Shown here: in pieces, positions 57,597 through 64,000 of the stretch
How positions within the stretch are numbered: position 1 is the first letter of the stretch
Layout: every line of letters starts with the position of its first letter
Assembly (NCBI GenBank): GCA_964415895.1
Contig: CAYQCC010000005.1
Coordinates: forward strand, 875 to 64,874
Length of the DNA: 64,000 nucleotides
Direction of reading: 5' to 3'
Origin: an uncultured Candidatus Saccharibacteria bacterium
Lineage (GTDB): Bacteria > Patescibacteriota > Minisyncoccia > Phycocordibacterales > UBA1006
Notes under the pieces: model-generated
The model's input: only the letters and a program-made list of their open reading frames with translations
Told to the model about the DNA's origin: nothing
Databases searched by the model: none
Translations under genes and position numbers: made by a program

Positions 57597-57623
57597 TGTC
57601 ATTCCCGCGAAGGCGGGAATCCA
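57597..57623 (+). repeat. TGTCAT-tagged palindrome (family 2b), left flank
   Basis: TGTCATTCCCGCGAAGGCGGGAATCCA. Confidence 0.92.
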
Positions 57624-57631
57624 TTAGGGCT

Positions 57632-57907
57632 CTACGAAAACGAAAGATCTTTCCATTCGGGATTTCTTTCTTGAATTAATCTAATTTTCCATAATCGATT
57701 CCATTTCTTTAATTTCTTCTCATATTTAATAGCAGCTTCTATACTATTCGTCATTTCATACTAAACCAATAAGTGTAATCCGTATTTATATGTAAATCCT
57801 TTATTGATTCCTTGTTTGTGTTCCACAACTCTTCGTTCAAGATTATTAGTTACCCCGACATAAAGTGTTCCATATTGTTCATTAGTCATAATATAAACAA
57901 AATACAT
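57632..57907 (-). pseudogene. small GIY-YIG nuclease with one in-frame TAG
   Basis: MYFVYIM...GTLYVGVTNNLERR...LLV*YEMTNSIEAAIKYEKKLKKWNRLWKIRLIQERNPEWKDLSFS; TAG at 57761..57763. Confidence 0.9.
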
Positions 57908-57942
57908 GACATTAATTATATCAGAGATTATTTTACTGATCA

Positions 57943-57969
57943 TGGATTCCCGCCTTCGCGGGAATGACA
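57943..57969 (-). repeat. TGTCAT-tagged palindrome (family 2b), right flank
   Basis: Exact 27 bp reverse complement of 57597..57623. Confidence 0.92.
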
Positions 57970-57970
57970 A

Positions 57971-58014
57971 CAGAATTGAAAAACCTTTCCCGAAGGAAAG
58001 GTTTTTCAATTCTG
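57971..58014 (-). terminator. intrinsic terminator with cUUCGg loop
   Basis: cagaattgaaaaacctttcc-ttcg-ggaaaggtttttcaattctg on the minus strand. Confidence 0.85.
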
Positions 58015-58242
58015 TGCTTAATTGGTTGCAAGGCAAGCCTCATAAGCATTCAAACACAGAAATCTCAAAGACATCTTTTCTGCCCACGAGGGAGCTGAAA
58101 TTGAAGAAAGGAGAAAGGAGAAATCCAGAAGTCGTCCGTTCAAGCAGACGCACCAGACATTCCTACCCGCAAACCCCAGGAAGACCGCGAGATCCCGATC
58201 CCTTTGAGATTTCTATGTTCAAAACTATTATGTAGTTTTATG
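57975..58242 (-). ncRNA. candidate ~270 nt structured RNA
   Basis: TTGACA-17-TATGCT promoter (58248..58276), ~20 bp closing stem with G-U pairs, internal hairpins and a terminator. Confidence 0.55.
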
Positions 58243-58397
58243 ATTGAAGCATATCATACTAATTATAATATGTCAAGTGCTTCACACTTATCTAACTTTT
58301 TAATTACATTGGTTTGCAATTAAAAATCCAGCAAGACTTAGACTATAACGCGGTTATGAAAATTGCGCAAGCACAAAATATGTGGTTTTTCACCAAG

Positions 58398-58419
58398 TTA
58401 TCCACAGGCTTTTTCCACA
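58398..58419 (+). promoter_or_regulatory. two DnaA-box-like sites
   Basis: TTATCCACA (58398) and TTTTCCACA (58411). Confidence 0.5.
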
Positions 58420-58525
58420 TGCTAAATGAGCAATATACCTTTATTTATAAGGATATCTTCCTTATTTTCATGTTTTAAATCTGTATTACTGAAAAAAGAG
58501 ACTTGTATGATATAATGGATTTTAT

Positions 58526-59512
58526 ATGAAATCTTCTGAAAAAATCGAGCGTTCCTTGGACGCAAATCTACGTCCAAATAGCTGGGATGAATACATTGGA
58601 CAGACCACCATCAAACAAAACCTTCATATTCTGATAAACGCTGCTGAAAACCGTGCACAAGTTGCTGAACATATTCTGTTTTACGGTCCACCAGGACTCG
58701 GTAAAACAACTCTTGCCCATTTAATTGCAAATGAAACAGGTCGTGCTATGAAAATTACGTCAGGCCCAGCCATTGAAAAGGTTGGAGACCTTGCAAGTAT
58801 TCTTACCAACATTCAACCAGGTGACATTGTGTTCATCGACGAGATCCATCGCTTGAATAAAATGATCGAGGAAGTCCTCTACCCTGCTATGGAATCTGGC
58901 GTACTTGATATTATTATCGGAAAAGGACCAAGCGCACGAACATTACAGTTGGAACTTCCACCATTCACATTGATTGCAGCAACAACGCGGCCCTCATTGA
59001 TTTCTTCACCATTGCGTTCACGATTTTCAGGTGGAACATTTAAGCTTGAGTTTTATGATGATGCTGAAATGACAGAAATTGTGCGCCGCAGTGCAAAACG
59101 ATTAAATATTATCATCGATGATGAGGCACTTGGTATGATTGCCCGCCGCAGTCGAAAGACTCCGCGTACGGCAAACTACTTCCTGAAACGAGTACGCGAT
59201 TATGCGCAGATCAAGGAAATCGAGCATATAGATGTAGAAACTGTAGAGTCTGCCCTTGATATGATTGGCGTTGATTCATTAGGACTATCACCATCCGATC
59301 GATTATTATTGAAAACTCTTGTCGAGAAATTCAATGGTGGTCCTGTTGGCGTGAAAACACTTTCTGCTGCAACAGGCGAAGAAGAAGATACTATTGAGGA
59401 AGTAATTGAACCATACCTAATTCAGACAGGATTACTTGAAAAGACTCCACGTGGACGATGCGCTACTGAAAAAGCGTATGACCATTTAGGTGTTGCATAT
59501 TTAGGGAAATAA
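58526..59512 (+). CDS. ruvB: Holliday junction helicase RuvB
   Basis: LRP, GPPGLGKTTLA, FIDEIHRL, LYPAME, TPRGR. Confidence 0.98.
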   Translation: MKSSEKIERSLDANLRPNSWDEYIGQTTIKQNLHILINAAENRAQVAEHILFYGPPGLGKTTLAHLIANETGRAMKITSGPAIEKVGDLASILTNIQPGDIVFIDEIHRLNKMIEEVLYPAMESGVLDIIIGKGPSARTLQLELPPFTLIAATTRPSLISSPLRSRFSGGTFKLEFYDDAEMTEIVRRSAKRLNIIIDDEALGMIARRSRKTPRTANYFLKRVRDYAQIKEIEHIDVETVESALDMIGVDSLGLSPSDRLLLKTLVEKFNGGPVGVKTLSAATGEEEDTIEEVIEPYLIQTGLLEKTPRGRCATEKAYDHLGVAYLGK

Positions 59513-59540
59513 AAACATCAAACATGATATACTTTTCTAT

Positions 59541-59909
59541 ATGAAAATGAAGACTTTCTATATCTTAGGAATACTGTTTACGTGTCTTGGATATCTTTCC
59601 TTATCTTTTATTGCTGGTCAAATGCTAATTTTATTTCAGATTGTTTTTTTATCTGGCCTTGCCTTTTTGTTGGTTGCAGTACTATTATCAATTACTAACC
59701 TTATACAGACAAAAAGATATAAGACTCTTCTGTTAATAATCTTTGGCGTTATTTTAGTGTATGTTGTATTGGAAGTTCCTATAATAACTCGTCACTATAA
59801 TTCTCAGGTTGTTTGTGTCACTTTCCCATGTGGCGGAGATGGTGAAACAGAAGAAAAGATAACTATTAAAAATCTGCTAGTAGAAAAGTTGAGCTCCAAG
59901 CGATATTAA
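59541..59909 (+). CDS. hypothetical membrane protein
   Basis: Three TM segments and a C...PC motif. Confidence 0.65.
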   Translation: MKMKTFYILGILFTCLGYLSLSFIAGQMLILFQIVFLSGLAFLLVAVLLSITNLIQTKRYKTLLLIIFGVILVYVVLEVPIITRHYNSQVVCVTFPCGGDGETEEKITIKNLLVEKLSSKRY

Positions 59910-59928
59910 TTGAGATTACAAAAAACCG

Positions 59929-60387
59929 CTATTCGTATTCAGCGGTTTTTTTCTCGAGTATCGCATTCACTGTAATATCTAATAGTTTAGATAAATGTTC
60001 TGCGGTGATATTATCTCCTGCTTCAAATTCATAAAACATACCAGTGCTTGATGAATCTTCTGTAAAAGGATATGTAAGCAACACCATATCATTTGGATGT
60101 CCCTCATTAAAATTTAATACTTTCTCAGAAGTTGTGGCATCATCGGGGTCAGGAAATTCATAATAACTTTTTCCAGTATCTAAATCAGTAAATAACTGTC
60201 TATGCCCAAATTCAAAATCTTCAACTCTTAGAACTTCTAAGCCATAATTAGATGATAAAGTTTTCTTTGGAAGAGACTCTTTTAGTTTTTTAACCTGATC
60301 TAGGAGGCTCCGCTTTTCTTCCATAGCCTGTACTAATGGATCCTTCTTAACGACCTTACTTTTAATTGTTTCAAATATGCTTGTCAT
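59929..60387 (-). CDS. hypothetical protein
   Basis: 152 aa ORF with TATACT 6 nt upstream. Confidence 0.7.
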   Translation of the reverse strand: MTSIFETIKSKVVKKDPLVQAMEEKRSLLDQVKKLKESLPKKTLSSNYGLEVLRVEDFEFGHRQLFTDLDTGKSYYEFPDPDDATTSEKVLNFNEGHPNDMVLLTYPFTEDSSSTGMFYEFEAGDNITAEHLSKLLDITVNAILEKKTAEYE

Positions 60388-60455
60388 GAAGTAAGTATAC
60401 TATGTAGGTAAGAAAAAGCAAAAAACCACCCTTTCGGATGATTTTTTGTAAGAAA

Positions 60456-61034
60456 TTATCTTTTGCGTTTAACACGAGCCTTTTTCTTCTCTTCTTCTTT
60501 TTTCATTGGGAAGCCCAAATATTCAAAGAAAGCGAGAGCTTCAGGTCGAGTTTTAGCAGTTGTTACGATTGTGATAGCAAGACCAAAAACGTGTACGATT
60601 TCCTCGTCACCAGTTTCAGGGAAGATTGTGTGTTCCTTGATACCGATTGTCATATTACCCAATGCATTTGCTGATGATCGGGCAATACCTCGGAAGTCCT
60701 TTGTTCGTGGCAGTGCAATATTCACAAGCTTGTCCAAAAATTCGTTCATACGAGTTCCGCGCAATGTCACCACAACTCCTACTGGATCTCCAGCACGAAT
60801 TTTAAATGATGCAATTGACTGCTTTGCTCCTTTGACTGATGGTTTTTGTCCAGTAATTTTTAGAAGTCGGTCTGAAACGAACGTATTTTTATTACGATCT
60901 TTTTTCATTCCTGATCCTGTTCCTACTGATACAATTACCTTTTGAATTTTTGGTGCTGACATTGCATTTTTGTAACCAAACTGGTCCTTTAATGCAGCGT
61001 ATGCTCCGATTTGTTTTTGTTTCATTGATTCCAT
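60456..61034 (-). CDS. rplE: 50S ribosomal protein L5
   Basis: ITGQKP, SIASFKIR.G, VTLRG, LPR.KDFRG, IFPE. Confidence 0.98.
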   Translation of the reverse strand: MESMKQKQIGAYAALKDQFGYKNAMSAPKIQKVIVSVGTGSGMKKDRNKNTFVSDRLLKITGQKPSVKGAKQSIASFKIRAGDPVGVVVTLRGTRMNEFLDKLVNIALPRTKDFRGIARSSANALGNMTIGIKEHTIFPETGDEEIVHVFGLAITIVTTAKTRPEALAFFEYLGFPMKKEEEKKKARVKRKR

Positions 61035-61072
61035 AAGTTGATGTTAATTATTCACGAATGAATAATTATTGG

Positions 61073-61378
61073 TTAGGCAATATCCTTTCCGCTTTTTTTG
61101 GCAACGCGAACTTTTTTCGCGCCGTCTTTGCGGGTTCCAACTCGAGTCGCTTTTCCTGATGACGGATCAATCAGGGCAACATTAGAGATGTGAACTGGAA
61201 AAGCTGTTTCGACCAACGTATGTTTCTCGCCGCGCAATTTCGCTTTGATAACTTTTTTATGAATATTGATTCCAGCAACAATTACCTTGTTGATGTCTTT
61301 CAATACTTTTTCTACGGTACCTTTGGCACCCTTGTTTGATCCTGTAAGAATCAATACATTGTCTCCTTTTTTAATCAT
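61073..61378 (-). CDS. rplX: 50S ribosomal protein L24
   Basis: IKKGD.V, PVHISNV, KVRVAKKSG. Confidence 0.97.
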   Translation of the reverse strand: MIKKGDNVLILTGSNKGAKGTVEKVLKDINKVIVAGINIHKKVIKAKLRGEKHTLVETAFPVHISNVALIDPSSGKATRVGTRKDGAKKVRVAKKSGKDIA

Positions 61379-61391
61379 AATAGTTGTTTGA

Positions 61392-61763
61392 TTAGAGAAC
61401 TTCAGGAGCTAAGGATACAATTTTTTGATATCCGAGCTCTCCGATTTCCCGTGGAATAGGACCAAAGATACGACCTCCTTTCGGTTCTTTTGTCTTCTTA
61501 TCGAGAATAACAACAGCGTTGTCATCGAATCGAATATAAGAACCATCTTTTCGACGTGTTACCGTCTTTTGTCGAACGACAACAGCGCGGTGCACATCTT
61601 TTTTCTTCACTGATTTTCGAGGTTCTGCAGATTTAACTGACAGAACTACGATATCACCAACGAACGCATAGCGACGGTGTGAGCCTCCAAGAATCTTGAA
61701 GACACGCGCCTTTTTTGCTCCTGTGTTGTCAGCGATTGTTACGTTTGTTCCAACTTGAATCAT
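61392..61763 (-). CDS. rplN: 50S ribosomal protein L14
   Basis: ADNTGA, FDDNAVV, RIFGP, SLAPEVL. Confidence 0.99.
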   Translation of the reverse strand: MIQVGTNVTIADNTGAKKARVFKILGGSHRRYAFVGDIVVLSVKSAEPRKSVKKKDVHRAVVVRQKTVTRRKDGSYIRFDDNAVVILDKKTKEPKGGRIFGPIPREIGELGYQKIVSLAPEVL

Positions 61764-61768
61764 ATAGG

Positions 61769-62011
61769 TTAAGCGGTTGTCACCACTTCAAAGTTTTTAT
61801 CCTTTGAGAGAGGGCGACATTCGCGAATAGTTACCGCATCACCGACTTTGAGCGAGTTGCTTTCGTCATGGGCTTTGTATTTTTTTGAAAACTTCTGGTA
61901 CTTCTGGTACTTAGGATGTTTTACAAAACGCTGCACCAAGACGACAACAGTTTTATCCATTTTGTCTGAAACGACTGTCCCTTGTAGGGTTTTTCCATTG
62001 ATTGTTTTCAT
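61769..62011 (-). CDS. rpsQ: 30S ribosomal protein S17
   Basis: [27 protein letters not shown]. Confidence 0.99.
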   Translation of the reverse strand: MKTINGKTLQGTVVSDKMDKTVVVLVQRFVKHPKYQKYQKFSKKYKAHDESNSLKVGDAVTIRECRPLSKDKNFEVVTTA

Positions 62012-62025
62012 AATATTCGATGTGA

Positions 62026-62448
62026 TTACATGTCGTCTCGACTAATAGTACGGGTAGTCACAGGCAATTTGCAGCTAGCTTTTCGCAAAGCTTCGCGCGC
62101 AACAGCCTCTGATACTCCGTCGACTTCAAAGATGATTCGACCTGGTTCTACCTCGAAACAATACGACTGAAGATCTCCCTTACCCTTACCCATACCTACC
62201 TCTGCAGGTTTTCCGGTAATAGGTCGGTCAGGAAAGATTCGAATCCAGTAACGTCCTGTTTTTCCGAGTGTACGTGACACCACTTTTCGTGCTGCCTCGA
62301 TTTGATTTGAAAAGACTCGTGACCCAGTTAATGAACGCAGACCATATGATCCAAATTGCAACTTGGTTCCCCGTGTTGCAACTTTTTTGCTCAAATCCTT
62401 TCGGTCAGTTTGCCATTTTCGATGTTTTACTTTTTTAGGAAATAACAT
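62026..62448 (-). CDS. rplP: 50S ribosomal protein L16
   Basis: QIEAAR, WIRIFPD, MGKGKG, KLPV. Confidence 0.98.
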   Translation of the reverse strand: MLFPKKVKHRKWQTDRKDLSKKVATRGTKLQFGSYGLRSLTGSRVFSNQIEAARKVVSRTLGKTGRYWIRIFPDRPITGKPAEVGMGKGKGDLQSYCFEVEPGRIIFEVDGVSEAVAREALRKASCKLPVTTRTISRDDM

Positions 62449-62475
62449 ACATGTTTAACAGAAAGATCTGCGTCA

Positions 62476-63150
62476 TTAATTTTTTGAAGGGACGATGTTT
62501 TCAAGTGTATCTCCTTTATAGATCCACACTTTGATTCCAACTCCTCCATAAGTCATTCGTGCTGTGTCCGTAGCGTAATCGATGTCTCCACGCATAAACT
62601 GCAATGGAATTCCACCTAATTTTATTTCTTCGCGTCGGGCCATATCAGCACCACCTAGTCGACCTGATAATACAATTTTTCCTCCTTTAACTCCGCGAGC
62701 AGCCATGATTTTCTCGATGGTTTGCTTTAACACGCGTCGGAATGGAAGACGTTTTTCGAGCTGTTCCGCAATACTGTAAGCAACAATTGCTGCATCAGCA
62801 TCAGGGTTTCGCACTTCAACGATATCAATATGCAATGCCTCAGTAATGACAATCTTGTGTCGTTTTAGGAATTTGATGATGTCTTTTTTCAAGACTTCAA
62901 CACCTTCTCCTGAACGTCCGATTACCATACCCGGACGAGCTGTTGCAATAATGATTTTGATGTTCTTTGAATTTCGCTCGAATTCAACACCTGACAAATA
63001 ACTTGTTCGCAATTTTTTCTCCAAGTATTCTCGGATTAAAATGTCTGCTCGCAATGTGTCTCGGTATTCAGATCCTGAACGGAACCATCGTGATTTCCAC
63101 CCACGGATGAGTGGTAAACGATGTGCATATGGATGTACAATTTTTGACAT
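62476..63150 (-). CDS. rpsC: 30S ribosomal protein S3
   Basis: W.SRWF, RPGMVIG, SGRLGGADMAR, GIKVWIY. Confidence 0.98.
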   Translation of the reverse strand: MSKIVHPYAHRLPLIRGWKSRWFRSGSEYRDTLRADILIREYLEKKLRTSYLSGVEFERNSKNIKIIIATARPGMVIGRSGEGVEVLKKDIIKFLKRHKIVITEALHIDIVEVRNPDADAAIVAYSIAEQLEKRLPFRRVLKQTIEKIMAARGVKGGKIVLSGRLGGADMARREEIKLGGIPLQFMRGDIDYATDTARMTYGGVGIKVWIYKGDTLENIVPSKN

Positions 63151-63153
63151 AAA

Positions 63154-63519
63154 TTATGAAGTCTTCTTTGAACGAGATTTCTTAATTGGTGCTCCTTGTG
63201 AAAGAACCAATGTAACAATACTTGTTCGTTTATTAATGCGATGAGCTCGACCACGAGATACTGGACGGATACGTTTCAAGGTTGGACCCTTGGTCACTGA
63301 AACGGCTGATACAAATAATGCATCGTTCGCTCCTACCTTGAAATTGTGCTGTGCGTTAGCAACAGCTGAGTGCAATAATGTATGAAACATTCCCGTTGCG
63401 CGCTTTGTAAGGAAGGTCAAAATATTTTCTGCCTCTGCGACTGACTTTCCACGGATTGCATCCGCAACAAGGCGAACTTTACGTGGTGACTGTCGATAGT
63501 TTTTTAAATAGGCTTTCAT
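63154..63519 (-). CDS. rplV: 50S ribosomal protein L22
   Basis: SPRKVRLVAD.IRG, SAVANA, GPTLKR, RGRA..I.KRTS. Confidence 0.98.
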   Translation of the reverse strand: MKAYLKNYRQSPRKVRLVADAIRGKSVAEAENILTFLTKRATGMFHTLLHSAVANAQHNFKVGANDALFVSAVSVTKGPTLKRIRPVSRGRAHRINKRTSIVTLVLSQGAPIKKSRSKKTS

Positions 63520-63521
63520 AA

Positions 63522-63878
63522 TTATTTCTTCTTAGCACCAGGCTTTGCAGCTGATGAAGCACTAGCGGATTTTGCAGCTGCGATTTCAGCTTGCTTTTTC
63601 TTTTGATCGAGTTCCTTCTGCATCTTACCTCCGTGACGGTGGAAAGTCTTTGTAGGAGAGAATTCTCCTAATCGGTGACCAACCATATCCTCAGAAACAA
63701 GAACTTCGGTATGTTTTTTGCCGTTGTGAACGCCAAAGGTAAATCCGATCATTTCCGGAGAAATCATGGACGCGCGAGCCCACGTTTTAATAACCCCTGT
63801 TTCCAGTGGTTTTTTACCTTCGATTTTCTTCAGCAATTTTACATCGATATACGGTCCCTTGTAGACAGATCGTGACAT
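63522..63878 (-). CDS. rpsS: 30S ribosomal protein S19
   Basis: [23 protein letters not shown]; C-terminal K/A-rich extension. Confidence 0.98.
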   Translation of the reverse strand: MSRSVYKGPYIDVKLLKKIEGKKPLETGVIKTWARASMISPEMIGFTFGVHNGKKHTEVLVSEDMVGHRLGEFSPTKTFHRHGGKMQKELDQKKKQAEIAAAKSASASSAAKPGAKKK

Positions 63879-64000
63879 ATAAATGTTGTTTGTGAATTAA
63901 ACACTCCACCTAATCATATAGATTAGACGAAGGTAGCCTTGAACGTATTCAGTTCAACTCCTTTAAAATGATTAAAGGGCGTGAAGATGATTCAAAATCA

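Noticed and set aside
57761-57763. Amber recoding of TAG
   Set aside because: TAG ends ordinary genes here (for example rpmB) and no other gene has an internal stop; a point mutation is simpler.
57906-58235. 109 aa plus-strand ORF
   Set aside because: Runs through a repeat and a terminator, and promoter and G-U evidence favour a minus-strand RNA.
58380-58420. oriC
   Set aside because: Only two DnaA-like boxes, no dnaA/dnaN nearby, and most genes stay on the minus strand on both sides.
60463-60945. Long antisense ORFs over conserved genes (also 2574..2999, 24452..24841 and others)
   Set aside because: Shadow frames of well-supported genes.
1-64000. CRISPR array, prophage, IS transposase, reverse transcriptase or DGR
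   Set aside because: No regularly spaced direct repeats and no cas, integrase, transposase, RT or phage structural genes recognised.

Overview
The window is a chromosomal segment of a low-GC bacterium using the standard code. Gene content points to CPR/Patescibacteria, probably Parcubacteria (inference from fragmented ribosomal operons, split transketolase, alpha2-type GlyRS, a pilin-peptidase fusion, orphan PilB and DUF11-like surface proteins). It holds the 5' end of a stand-alone 23S rRNA, two tRNA-Ser genes, three ribosomal protein clusters plus rpmB, tuf, efp, recA, ruvB, ftsK, a Dsb operon and many accessory genes. The most unusual signals are: (1) two small GIY-YIG nuclease genes, each bracketed by its own inverted palindromic repeat pair, plus an orphan repeat; (2) three divergent ~100 bp GTAA...TTAC elements with a shared branched fold rich in tandem GA pairs; (3) ORFs starting 2 nt after the discriminator base of both tRNAs in a largely leaderless genome; (4) a circularly permuted DsbA; (5) a T9SS C-terminal-domain protein and other Bacteroidota-style genes; (6) a divergent cyclodipeptide-synthase-like gene between the transketolase halves; (7) three promoter/terminator-bounded candidate sRNAs; (8) a paired TGTCCTTTA motif. 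All calls were made by eye; no searches or folding programs were run.
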